A DNA stretch of 64,000 nucleotides from an uncultured archaeon (GTDB lineage Archaea > Thermoplasmatota > Penumbrarchaeia > JASLWR01). The stretch's first letter is position 1. Each line of letters opens with the position of its first letter. Below the pieces are notes generated by a model that was not told the DNA's origin, searched no databases, and worked only from the letters and a program-made list of their open reading frames with translations. Below are positions 9,692 through 19,639 of this stretch, piece after piece. The position numbers were made by a program, and so were the translations under genes. The stretch lies in NCBI GenBank assembly GCA_964430885.1, contig CAYSHM010000008.1, positions 1 through 64,000 on the forward strand, given 5' to 3'.

Positions 9692-12600
9692 CTATCCTTC
9701 CTCCTTTTTTGGTGCAGGCGGTTTGGGTTTTCTTACCTTCTTGACAGCGGGTTTTCGAGGTCTCTTCCTGGGAGGTGCAGGTGCTGCCTTCTTCTTCGGT
9801 TCTTCATCAGCTGGATTTTTCTCTCCAGGCTCGTCCACCTCGGGTTCCACCTCGGATCCATCCTCTTCAGGTTCTTCATCCACCTGTTCCACCCGATCTT
9901 CCTCCTTCTCTTCCCCCTTCTTCCTGAACCTGGGGTAGATCCAGATGAATATCAGAAGCAGTCCCAGGAAAATGAACAGTCCTAGTGCATAATAGTTAAT
10001 GGTGAACTCCTTTTCGGAGCTGATGCTCACAAGGAGCACCGCCGTGTCATTGGCCATATCATCATCTGTTACAGTAAGAACAACAGTGAAGTTGCCGTCC
10101 CTCTTGAACTTGTGCTCCACCTCCATACCCTCACCGGTCTTCCCGTCGTCGAAATCCCATCTGTACTTTAGGATGGGCTGGTCTGATGGTGTATCAGTGG
10201 AGTTCTTGGCCGTGAAAACTATAGTTGAACCCTTCTTGGATGTGTAATTGGCCTCAGCGCTGGGAACCTTGTTGTAGATGGTAATGGGTGAAACGACCGA
10301 TCCGACCCTGGGATCATCAAGATCAAGGTCGGTAATCCAGACCGTGATGTTGTAGGTACCCGATTTATAATAGGTATGGCTGGCATCAAGGGAATAGTTC
10401 TGGACCGATCCGTCGCCGAAATCCCAAACAATGTTCTGGTAGAATATCTCCGATTCGTCGTCAGGATCGAAGGAATCATAAAGGCTCATGAATATGGACT
10501 CGTCCTCCTGTCCCCTCCCGGGAACGCTTATCTTGACAACGGGCGGGGCGTTGGAGACGCTGAAATAGATGGAGAATGTACTTTTCATACCGTAGTTGTC
10601 CCAGACCGAAAGAACTGTCTTGAACTCTCCCTTTGATTTGAAGGTATGTATCACCGAGGTCTTGTTCTGGGAAACCTTGGTTCCGTCCCCGAAGTCCCAT
10701 TTGGTGTTCACTATGCTCCCGCCTATGTCCTCAGAGGTGGACTGGAATTCCACAGGCTGTCCGCCGGGAATGTCGACATAGCCCGAGGAGAGATTCAGGG
10801 GTCCCGATGCGTTGATGGCTGCTATGAAAGAAGCCTTGGGGGGCAGATTTGTATAGAAATCCTGGCTGATGTGAACGGACTCCTCTTCCGAATCCTTCAC
10901 ATAGAGTGATACGGTGTATCGGCCCAACTCATCAAAGGTATGTTTGACCTTGCTGCCGTAGCCCATTACCTTGCCGTCCAGAAGCCAGGTGTAGTTAATA
11001 AGATTGCCGTCAGGGTCCATGGAGCCTGCAGATGTGAAGGTGTAGGGAAATCCCACTTCAAGGACGTTCTCGGCCTCAAGGTTCTCCTCCACATCCATGA
11101 CCGGTATGGGAGGCCTGTTGTCCAAAAGAAGATGCATCAGCCCCCTGCCGAACTGGAAATTGTCCAGTATCTGGTCCTGGTATTCCGCCAGGATATTATC
11201 ATCCTCCAGAATACCCTCTATTACCACGGAGAACCTTCCGTAACCCACCTCGGAGAAGGACGACAGGTCCCCGGCCGTACCTTTTGTGGAAAGTATGTGA
11301 GAATCACCTCCCCTGATGAACCTGGTGTGATTGCTGTAATATACGTTGTCAACATACTCGAAGTTGCCGGTATCGTGGTTAACAAGGTCGGTAGTGCCGC
11401 CGGAAAAACTGCCCTCCTCTGACCAGCTCATGTTGGCCAGATCAAGAAGCGGTTCAGTGGCGTTCAATGAACCAGGCCCCACAATAAGGACGCTCTTGCC
11501 TTCATTCAGAAACTGGCTTATCTCAGAAAGCTCCAGAGGCGAGTATTCGACAAAAGGTGAGGCAGTTATGAACAGATCGTTCCGATTAAGGGCATACTTG
11601 ATACCCGCATCATCCAAGAGCTCTATGTCATAGCTTTCCAGAAGGTATTCATCTGTGAGAATCGTATAGTTGAGCGAATTGCCGTGGAAGTTATCTATAA
11701 GTATCCTCTTCTTGGTATTAACGAACCTGGAATGGTAATAGCCTGTCATGGGTGATCGGGCATTGTTACCCGAGATAGATGAATCCGTAGCCTCTATCCA
11801 GTAATATACATCTGTGCCGTTGGGCTGGGGCGGGATGCTTCCGGAATACTCGGGATACTGGTTCTCCAGCATGTCAACCTCCACTGCGGGTGTTCCAGCG
11901 CCGGTATCATTTAGCTTATAATATATGTGAGTGTTATTGGTATCGATGCCCATGGTGTCCATGATGGTGGCCGTGACTATGTAGGGCTCCTGTAGGTCCT
12001 TGATGAACTCCTTGGGAAAATGGGTGATACACGGCGGAGTTTTGTCAAGGCCCACCCAGAAGGTATGAAGGGTCTCGTTCACCTCGGGTTGGGCGTTCCT
12101 GGGGTCTGTGAAGGTGGAATTGTCATCCAGGTAGAGCGTGATATAGTAATAGACCCGGGTATTGTTCAGAGCGGCATCTATCTCAGCGGTATAAAGACCG
12201 CCCTGTTCGCTGAAAGCTATGGACTGGAAACTGCTGCCGTCAATGGAATAGTTGAGATCGACGCCTACTATCGTACCTTCTGGCGCATTTATCCTGGCCT
12301 GGAAGGTGTAGGGCCCGTCAAGGTCCTCGGTGTCCTCAAGAGGCTCATGAGTAATGGATATCTCCGTAGGCTCGTCGAACTCCGCAAGGAACTCGTCCCA
12401 GTTCAGCTCGGAGAAATCGAAGTTCTGCTTGTACTTGGTCCTGTAGCTTGTGCCCTGAAAATTGGAGGGAAACCATACCGCGAGTCCTTTTGAAGTAGGA
12501 TGCTGGGAGCCCGTTCCTGAAGCGATGATGGCGGATTCCAGTACGGTCCTGAACTCCTGGGCTCTCTGGGTCAGTGCTAGGGGCAGTGAAGAGCGGGAAT

Positions 12601-13675
12601 CGGTCAGGGCCTTTGCGAAACTGTAGAGGTCCTTGTAATTGGACTTGGGCGAGTTGGCCCTGGTCCTTGCGTTCCTTATTGACCCCTGATGCTCGTACAT
12701 GTCAGATATCAGCATCTCGGCGAGATCGGTGAAAGTGTCCAGAAGAAGGTTCTCCATTATACCTATATCAAGGGCCATCATGGTGAGGTAGCTCTTGTCG
12801 TACTGCTCCAGATATCGCTCCACTATCTTTATGGCCACGTCTCTTGTGGAGGATGTGGGATTCTCGGATATGCTGGCCAAGGCCCTCTCATAATCCCAGC
12901 CCGGAGCAGGTTCCTCGTCAGAAGAGCCAATCATATAATCGGTATATTTCCTGAACTCGTAGGCGGTCTCAAGGTAGGCGAAATAGCATACGTCAGCTGC
13001 TATTATGTCAAAATGAAGGGAATGGGAAGCGTTGAGGTCCGACAGTACCGATGAGATCTCCCAGATCTCCAGGTCGCTCCCTCCGGTCCAATCCTGGCAC
13101 AGGCCCCTTGTGGGATCGTCATCATCCCCGCCCATACTGCGTCTGAAAAGACCGTTGCCATGGTCCCACAGTACTAGCATATATCGCTCTGCCGGAAAGG
13201 ATTCCACACCCCAGATAAGAAACTCCTTCAGGGTCCCGGGGTCGCTCATATCCCGCTCTCCCATAGTGTCGTTCAGGGGCAGTGTGGCTATGTTCTGAGG
13301 GTCGTAATCCTGCTCCACCAGGAAACGCCGGGTATCATTCCAGTTGCCGTTGCTGCTGTCCCCGCCGGGTCTTCTGTCGAACTGGACCACGATATTTAAG
13401 TTGGAGTCGCTCCCTATCATCTCCATCTCGTTGAAATCGGCTATACCCACATCCTCCAGGTCGTTATCCGCAGCCATGTAAACGAAAACCGACCACTTCT
13501 TGGCAGCCCGGGTATCCTCGGAAATCCAGCGATAATTCTCCTCGGAAGCTTTTCCGGGAGTTATCACAAGACCGGATAGGATGATCATAGCTGTCAATAT
13601 GAGCACAAGCCCGCCAAGAGGCAGACGGTGAACACTGCCCCTTCTATTCGATACAAGAGAAGTCCCTGATCTCAT
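9692..13675 (-). CDS. Membrane-anchored clostripain-family (C11) cysteine peptidase with Ig-like and multiple PKD domains
   Basis: Signal peptide, WSVFVYMAADNDLE, LVLWDHGNG (His), ADVC (Cys). About four PKD repeats (WDFGDG/WDFDDG), C-terminal TM helix and charged tail. Confidence 0.88.
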   Translation of the reverse strand: MRSGTSLVSNRRGSVHRLPLGGLVLILTAMIILSGLVITPGKASEENYRWISEDTRAAKKWSVFVYMAADNDLEDVGIADFNEMEMIGSDSNLNIVVQFDRRPGGDSSNGNWNDTRRFLVEQDYDPQNIATLPLNDTMGERDMSDPGTLKEFLIWGVESFPAERYMLVLWDHGNGLFRRSMGGDDDDPTRGLCQDWTGGSDLEIWEISSVLSDLNASHSLHFDIIAADVCYFAYLETAYEFRKYTDYMIGSSDEEPAPGWDYERALASISENPTSSTRDVAIKIVERYLEQYDKSYLTMMALDIGIMENLLLDTFTDLAEMLISDMYEHQGSIRNARTRANSPKSNYKDLYSFAKALTDSRSSLPLALTQRAQEFRTVLESAIIASGTGSQHPTSKGLAVWFPSNFQGTSYRTKYKQNFDFSELNWDEFLAEFDEPTEISITHEPLEDTEDLDGPYTFQARINAPEGTIVGVDLNYSIDGSSFQSIAFSEQGGLYTAEIDAALNNTRVYYYITLYLDDNSTFTDPRNAQPEVNETLHTFWVGLDKTPPCITHFPKEFIKDLQEPYIVTATIMDTMGIDTNNTHIYYKLNDTGAGTPAVEVDMLENQYPEYSGSIPPQPNGTDVYYWIEATDSSISGNNARSPMTGYYHSRFVNTKKRILIDNFHGNSLNYTILTDEYLLESYDIELLDDAGIKYALNRNDLFITASPFVEYSPLELSEISQFLNEGKSVLIVGPGSLNATEPLLDLANMSWSEEGSFSGGTTDLVNHDTGNFEYVDNVYYSNHTRFIRGGDSHILSTKGTAGDLSSFSEVGYGRFSVVIEGILEDDNILAEYQDQILDNFQFGRGLMHLLLDNRPPIPVMDVEENLEAENVLEVGFPYTFTSAGSMDPDGNLINYTWLLDGKVMGYGSKVKHTFDELGRYTVSLYVKDSEEESVHISQDFYTNLPPKASFIAAINASGPLNLSSGYVDIPGGQPVEFQSTSEDIGGSIVNTKWDFGDGTKVSQNKTSVIHTFKSKGEFKTVLSVWDNYGMKSTFSIYFSVSNAPPVVKISVPGRGQEDESIFMSLYDSFDPDDESEIFYQNIVWDFGDGSVQNYSLDASHTYYKSGTYNITVWITDLDLDDPRVGSVVSPITIYNKVPSAEANYTSKKGSTIVFTAKNSTDTPSDQPILKYRWDFDDGKTGEGMEVEHKFKRDGNFTVVLTVTDDDMANDTAVLLVSISSEKEFTINYYALGLFIFLGLLLIFIWIYPRFRKKGEEKEEDRVEQVDEEPEEDGSEVEPEVDEPGEKNPADEEPKKKAAPAPPRKRPRKPAVKKVRKPKPPAPKKEEG

Positions 13676-14554
13676 CTAACTGTCACCCTTGTCATCCTTG
13701 GTTCTTTTCGGTTCAGATGCATTATCCTTTTCTGGTTCCGTCTTTTCATTCTTGACCTTTTTCCCCTCTTCCCCCTTTTCCTTCTTATCCTTGGAGGGTT
13801 CGTCTGCCTTGAACATGTCCGAATCCCTCCTCCCCACAAGGATGAACCAGATTATGAAGATAATTATCACCACTCCCAGCTGCCCGTACTTCCACCAGAA
13901 TATGTGGATATCGTTCCAGGTTTCTACACCGAACCAGTTGAGGAGAGGGCCGTTCAGGACCAGACGGAGTTGGTTCTCAAGGAGGATTACACCGCTGAGA
14001 ACGGCGGCCCATTTGAGACGTTTCTTCATGGTCATGTTTACGTTGAACCCGATTATCATGGCAGTAATGAACATGATCTCCTGAAAGGCCACGCAGTCAG
14101 GTATAACGCTCATGGTATAGGGAGCGTCCAGACTGGCGTAGGTGTAGGTAAGAGTGGGTGAATATTTCGGTTCGTAGAAACCGTATTCCACAGGTATGCC
14201 GAATATCTTGGAAATATAATATGCGGACCTTGCAGTTATTATTTGAAAAAAATAGAAGGGTCTCCAGCCGGCTATCTCTATCATCTTTCCGTTGTTGGTC
14301 CACACACCCCAGTAATGAAGAATGAGCCGTCCCAAAAGATAAGTGGGGAGAACCCATATTATAAGGGATATATAGGTCTTGCCGGTCTTCTTGAAAAAGG
14401 AACCCAGAGGTATGTCCACATCCTTTTTCTTATTCTTCACAGGGGTCTTCTTCACCCCCTTTTTTCCCCTACTAGTTTTCGGAGAAGGTCCCTTTGCAGT
14501 TGTTTTCTTCCCCGGATTACTGCCCTTTTCCATCATAATTATAATGGCCATCAA
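13676..14554 (-). CDS. Exosortase/archaeosortase family transpeptidase
   Basis: Multi-TM protein with VIPDCVAF (Cys), ENQLR (Arg), NDIH (His) in the family's order and spacing. Confidence 0.78.
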   Translation of the reverse strand: MMAIIIMMEKGSNPGKKTTAKGPSPKTSRGKKGVKKTPVKNKKKDVDIPLGSFFKKTGKTYISLIIWVLPTYLLGRLILHYWGVWTNNGKMIEIAGWRPFYFFQIITARSAYYISKIFGIPVEYGFYEPKYSPTLTYTYASLDAPYTMSVIPDCVAFQEIMFITAMIIGFNVNMTMKKRLKWAAVLSGVILLENQLRLVLNGPLLNWFGVETWNDIHIFWWKYGQLGVVIIIFIIWFILVGRRDSDMFKADEPSKDKKEKGEEGKKVKNEKTEPEKDNASEPKRTKDDKGDS

Positions 14555-14685
14555 TCTATTTTAAAACTATCTCAATTTTATTACATACCAATATTCCCAG
14601 GATTTGGAACAGCTTCCGTTCACTGTCTTTGACCCACGAAAACAATTTTCCCTTCCTACCAAACAAGATCCCAGCAAATCCGCCT

Positions 14686-15033
14686 CTACTCCAGGGCCAC
14701 GAACACCGATCTCCGCATCTGACCCCTTACCGCTCTGCTCTTGTGACCTTTACCGGTGGTGTCCTCCACTAGCACAATATCACCGGAATCGAATATCCTC
14801 CTCTCCCCGTCGCTCACCTGGATATCCACCTGGCCCAGCATGATGATGTACTGCCTTCGGGGCGCGGTATGCCAATCATAGTCATAATCCCCCCCTGTCT
14901 CCCTGAAGGATATGCTCGACACATCAATCGGGTCGGACAGCCTCCCGATGCTTCCACTGTCCTTCAAGGGTACCTCCATATCCTGAAAATGGGATTCCCC
15001 CTGCTCGTCCGAATAGATCCTTGTTATTATCAT
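14686..15033 (-). CDS. Cupin-like protein
   Basis: MIITRIYSDEQGESHF...WHTAPRRQY...VEDTTGKGH. Start reassigned to the ATG at 15033. Confidence 0.8.
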   Translation of the reverse strand: MIITRIYSDEQGESHFQDMEVPLKDSGSIGRLSDPIDVSSISFRETGGDYDYDWHTAPRRQYIIMLGQVDIQVSDGERRIFDSGDIVLVEDTTGKGHKSRAVRGQMRRSVFVALE

Positions 15034-15363
15034 CTTGATCAATGGTGAATGAGGCTTTTGGTAAATATTGCTGCCCGTTAGAATAACCATGATGAAGAAG
15101 GGATCCCTTAAGAATATCTGGGAACGGAAGATGACGAAGATTTTAAATTTAAAAAGACTCCGATACCTAGACCTATCATAGCACAAGGGAATCCTTGTGA
15201 TTCGAACTGATTTCCTACTACATGAAAACATTAATAAAGGGAATGAGTTGTTTTCCTAATTGCCCCTAATGATCCGATATCAGCTGGCAGTCCGTATTGA
15301 TTTATTCGTTATCCGGCATTCAGGCGGTTCATATTTTATCCAATCAAACCCATAGGTGCCCCC

Positions 15364-16221
15364 ATGAAGATCGTCGCAGGAAGTTCATCATCAGCATTGG
15401 CCGGCAAGCTCGCTTCCGAGCTGGGATGCGATCTGTGCAGAGTAGAGATTAATAGGTTCCCGGACGGCGAATGCTATGTGAGGATACTTGAGGACCTAGA
15501 AGGACAGAAGGTGTCCATAGTATCAAATTCCCACCCGGATGTGAATATTATAGAGCTCATGCTTCTTCAGGATGCAGTTAGGGAATCCGGGGCGGCCCTA
15601 GTGGTTACAATTATTCCGTATTTCGGTTATGCCAGGCAGGACAAGGTGTTCAAAGCCGGTGAGACAGTATCCGCTTTTAGCATGGTAAAACGCATTCAGC
15701 TGGGCACCGACAGCATCATACTGGCGGACATACACGAGGCGAAGATACTGGATTGGTTCCATGTGCCTGCCTTCAATGTGACGGCTTCGGTTGAGATGGG
15801 CAGAATCCTTAAGAACAGAGGCGTGGACCTGATCGTAGCACCCGACATGGGAGCAAAGGATATCGCTGAAAGAGTCGCCCAGAGCATGGACGCCGAGAGC
15901 GATTTCATAGTTAAAAAGAGATTGGATGCCAATAACGTGGCAATGAAACTGAACCATATCAAGGCCAGGGGAAGGAACATCTGCATAGTGGACGACATCA
16001 TATCCACGGGTTCAACAATGATCACTGCTGCTGAGAACCTGTATTCCCGGGGGGCGAATAAAATTTACGCTGCAAGCACCCATGGACTTTTCTCCAAGGA
16101 AAACCTGGCTAGACTTCGGGAAAGGCTCACTGGCATTTTCACGTCAGATTCCCTGGAAAATGAAAGCACAGTCTTCTCACTGGCGCCGGCAATAGCCCAA
16201 TCGGTCAAAAACAACTTCTAA
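15364..16221 (+). CDS. prs: Ribose-phosphate pyrophosphokinase (archaeal type)
   Basis: RFPDGECYVRI, PYFGYARQDK, APDMGA, IVDDIISTGST. Confidence 0.95.
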   Translation: MKIVAGSSSSALAGKLASELGCDLCRVEINRFPDGECYVRILEDLEGQKVSIVSNSHPDVNIIELMLLQDAVRESGAALVVTIIPYFGYARQDKVFKAGETVSAFSMVKRIQLGTDSIILADIHEAKILDWFHVPAFNVTASVEMGRILKNRGVDLIVAPDMGAKDIAERVAQSMDAESDFIVKKRLDANNVAMKLNHIKARGRNICIVDDIISTGSTMITAAENLYSRGANKIYAASTHGLFSKENLARLRERLTGIFTSDSLENESTVFSLAPAIAQSVKNNF

Positions 16222-16226
16222 TAATA

Positions 16227-17477
16227 TCAGTCGAACCATTCGTCCTCATCAAAATCCTCACCCGTCCCTTTACTCTTTTCTGCTGACCTTTCCACCGATC
16301 GGCGGTTTTTGCAGCGGGACCCCCCACTACCGGATCTCCTGCCCCTTTTTCTACCGGATCTCCTACCCTTTCCCCGCCGTCCACGGGACCTTCTACCCAC
16401 CGATATCCCTTCATCATTATCATCACGAAGGTCCTCTTCAGGACTGGCCCGGCCGAAATCATTATCCACCTCATCACCCTTTTCAGCAATGGAACCGGCC
16501 CCGTCCCCATTTTCTTCGGGGTCATCCTCTATCACCTCAATGGTATCAGGAGGACCGTCCTTATCAGCGTGAAACTCCCTTTCACCAGCACCAGCATCCT
16601 CTGATTCAGCCTGGTCATCCTTCTTCCGTCCCTTGATGGCCTTCTTGGTAGCACTGGCAATGAAGCTTATGACAATGGGCAGACAGAGAACCGCAATTAT
16701 CACCACAATGAACATGTACCTGCTGGTCCGGGGTATGGGATTGTTGTTCTCGGAAAGCCATAACTTGGCAACCCCCATCCAGGGAAGTTCGCCCCGGGCC
16801 TTGCCGATTATCCACTCCGGCTGTACAGGCCTGACCTTTTCAGCACCAGCATCAAGGTTTCCCTGGTCAATGCTGTTGCCGTTGTGGTCACCCAGGGTCA
16901 CGAAACCGGAATGATAGGCCCGGTCACTGAAACATTTGTTGTGAATGTTATTGAGGTTGATGGTTATCTCTATCTTACTGTAGCCGTAATTGTTGATGGC
17001 TATGGTGAACTCACGGCCCAGGTTCCACCAGCGTCCAGGATCGTCGGGTTTGAGATACCAGTCGGCGTCAAGACCGTACTTGAGTTTTCCAAGTGCGGGT
17101 ATATCGAAACTGCTGTCGGTGGATTTGTTCAGACCAAGATACAGCACTGGACGGTGTATGACAGGAGTATCCTTGTTATTGTTCTTTCTGTAAATGATAA
17201 CATCGCCGTACTGGCTGTAGGTCTTATATCCCTTGGACATCCCCTCTACATAGCTGATAATGTCATCCTCGTTGTCGGTCTCCTTGACCAGCACCAGGTC
17301 CCCGGTGTCTATCACTCCCACCTCGCTGTCGTCGCCGTGCTGCATGGAATTGGATTCTATAACAACCAGTGGAGGCCAGTTCCCGGTATATATGAAAAGA
17401 CCCACCAGAAGAAGCATTATGATGGCTGCCGACACGGCCACATCCCTAATAAAACCTAGGACACCCTTAAATTTCAT
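16227..17477 (-). CDS. Signal peptidase I (S26, archaeal Ser-His type) with long charged C-terminal tail
   Basis: WPPLVVIESNSMQHG (Ser), IDTGDLV, PVIHR (His), TLGDHN, IIGKARGELPW. Confidence 0.88.
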   Translation of the reverse strand: MKFKGVLGFIRDVAVSAAIIMLLLVGLFIYTGNWPPLVVIESNSMQHGDDSEVGVIDTGDLVLVKETDNEDDIISYVEGMSKGYKTYSQYGDVIIYRKNNNKDTPVIHRPVLYLGLNKSTDSSFDIPALGKLKYGLDADWYLKPDDPGRWWNLGREFTIAINNYGYSKIEITINLNNIHNKCFSDRAYHSGFVTLGDHNGNSIDQGNLDAGAEKVRPVQPEWIIGKARGELPWMGVAKLWLSENNNPIPRTSRYMFIVVIIAVLCLPIVISFIASATKKAIKGRKKDDQAESEDAGAGEREFHADKDGPPDTIEVIEDDPEENGDGAGSIAEKGDEVDNDFGRASPEEDLRDDNDEGISVGRRSRGRRGKGRRSGRKRGRRSGSGGSRCKNRRSVERSAEKSKGTGEDFDEDEWFD

Positions 17478-17588
17478 CGGAAGACCTCTCTCAAATAACT
17501 ATACCCCAAAACCCATTATTGTTAATAATCATTTAGATTGTTTTCATTGTAAACCCGCAACTTTTAGTCAAGGGTATTTCTAAATAGA

Positions 17589-18401
17589 TTATTTCAAAAA
17601 GGTCCATCTCTCATCTCCGTACTTCTCCGCTATAAGGCGGTCTCGCTCCACCATTTCTTCCCGGGTGTAGGATGAAGGCATGAGCTCCACCGAGAAAGCG
17701 TCCTCAAAACCCCTAATGAGACATGATATGAGCTCCTTAATTTCGGGTAGTGGGTGGAGAAGGTCCTTAAGAGAGGATGCTTTCCTGAGAAAGAAGGTGG
17801 CGTAGCTGTCCCATTCCTTTTTGGGTATACCCATAACACCTAGCTGTTTCTCCACATCCCAATCCAGGGGAAGCGAACCGTGCTGAAGAATGATCTTGTC
17901 ACGTCTGGTCTGGGCCGAACCTATAAGCTTTCTACCCCCAGCGAGTATTTCAAAGGATGATGGAACTGTGAAACATACCTGTGTCCCCGGCCGTCCCGCC
18001 TTTTTCTCAGGAACCATCTCGGCATTTACCCCCATGTATTTCAGACCCAATAACAGTGCCTGGGAAATGTTTTTATACGAGTCCGTGACCCCTGGTGAGG
18101 ATATGATCCTGTGATTGGACGGTATGACTATTGAATAGGTGATCTCCATATGATGGAGGACGGCCTTTCCTCCTGTTAGGCGTCTCACAAGGTCTACTTC
18201 ATTCCTTCGGCATTCCTCAATGGAAACCTCTTCCCTGGCCCTTTGTAGATATCCCAAGGACAGAGCAGGGGGGGACCATGTATAGAACCTGATGCATGGA
18301 GCGGAACTGCTTTTAACAACGCTGTTCAAGAGACTCTCGTCCAGGGCCATGTTCTCCGCACCCGTGAGGGCCCTATCTATGAACAGTCTGAACGTCTCCA
18401 T
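17589..18401 (-). CDS. Lipoate-protein ligase / octanoyltransferase (single-domain LplA/LipM type)
   Basis: NMALDE, RRLTGGKAVLH, RKLIGSAQ, LQHGS. Confidence 0.92.
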   Translation of the reverse strand: METFRLFIDRALTGAENMALDESLLNSVVKSSSAPCIRFYTWSPPALSLGYLQRAREEVSIEECRRNEVDLVRRLTGGKAVLHHMEITYSIVIPSNHRIISSPGVTDSYKNISQALLLGLKYMGVNAEMVPEKKAGRPGTQVCFTVPSSFEILAGGRKLIGSAQTRRDKIILQHGSLPLDWDVEKQLGVMGIPKKEWDSYATFFLRKASSLKDLLHPLPEIKELISCLIRGFEDAFSVELMPSSYTREEMVERDRLIAEKYGDERWTFLK

Positions 18402-18403
18402 CC

Positions 18404-19639
18404 CTAATCACCTTTTTCCTCAATATCCAGAAGAGACCTGTATGTTTCCACTAGGTCCCTTGCCGAAACTGCCCATGAGAATTCACGTGCTTTTCTCATT
18501 CCGGCGTCCCTCATTTCCCGGGCCGCATCAGGATCTTCCATCAATCTCTTCACATTCCTGGCAATCTCTGCGGGATTCTCGGGATCCACTCTGATCTGAC
18601 CATCACCCGCTACCTCTGAAAGCGCACCCTTTCCGGAATGAATGACCGGACATCCGGAGGCCATGGCTTCAAGGACAGGGAGGCCGAAACCCTCTCCCAG
18701 GGAAGGAAACAGAAAACCACTGGCATTTCTGTAGAGTCCCGCGAGTTCACTATCCGAAAGAAATCCCACCAATCGGATCCTGCCTGAGTTCCCGTTCCTC
18801 ACGGCTGCCTTCAGAACCTCTGTGTCCTCCCAGCACTCCTGTCCCGCCCATACCAGCAGTGGAGGGTTCTCATTGAAGAGGGACCTGTAGCGGTTCCATG
18901 CCTCGATAATTGTCCGAAGGTTCTTCCGGGGTTCCAGATTACCGACGCAGAGAAAATACGGTTCATCCTTACAAAGTGATATTTTCGCAACCAAAGCTTC
19001 TTTTCCATCCTCTTCTCCTTCATTCATGAATACAGGATCGATCCCATGAGGGATGACACGGCATTTTTCCCAATTCTCCCTACCGTAATAATAGAGGATA
19101 CGCTCTTTAGTATACTCAGATGGGACCAGAACAATGTCCGCCATGGAAACGCTTCTCTTGACGAAGCGGCCCCAGTAGAGCCTGACCTTTCCGGGAAAGA
19201 GCTCGGGCATGTCCAGGAAAAGCAGGTCATGGATGGTAACCGCTCTCTTGAAACCCCGGGTCCGGGACCTGAACCAGGGAAGAACGAATTTAAGGGAATG
19301 ATAGATTTGATGTCCAACGTCAAGGTTTTTTTCAGGATCCCTGAGATGATCGTGAGCTAGTTTGGACGCTGTTGAACTTGTATCCGAGACCATGAACCTG
19401 ATACTGTGTCCTTCAAAACTCATAGTATCCTTTTTGGTACCGTCGGCAAGACCTCTGACCCTTTCATCCCGGTCCATATCCTCTCGACTGACAAGTATTG
19501 TCAGAGCCTTAAAACTGGATGCGAATTGAGCGATCAGGGTCTCCAGCAGGTTTATTCCGTAACGGCCTATACCGCTGCGGTGAACTCCCAAGGCATCCCT
19601 GGCATTTATCACTACACGCATCGAATAACCTCTGATCAC
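18404..19639 (-). CDS. Glycosyltransferase family 4 (GT-B)
   Basis: SGIGRY, TIHDL, GNLEPRKN, EGFGLPVLEAMASG. Confidence 0.93.
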   Translation of the reverse strand: MIRGYSMRVVINARDALGVHRSGIGRYGINLLETLIAQFASSFKALTILVSREDMDRDERVRGLADGTKKDTMSFEGHSIRFMVSDTSSTASKLAHDHLRDPEKNLDVGHQIYHSLKFVLPWFRSRTRGFKRAVTIHDLLFLDMPELFPGKVRLYWGRFVKRSVSMADIVLVPSEYTKERILYYYGRENWEKCRVIPHGIDPVFMNEGEEDGKEALVAKISLCKDEPYFLCVGNLEPRKNLRTIIEAWNRYRSLFNENPPLLVWAGQECWEDTEVLKAAVRNGNSGRIRLVGFLSDSELAGLYRNASGFLFPSLGEGFGLPVLEAMASGCPVIHSGKGALSEVAGDGQIRVDPENPAEIARNVKRLMEDPDAAREMRDAGMRKAREFSWAVSARDLVETYRSLLDIEEKGD

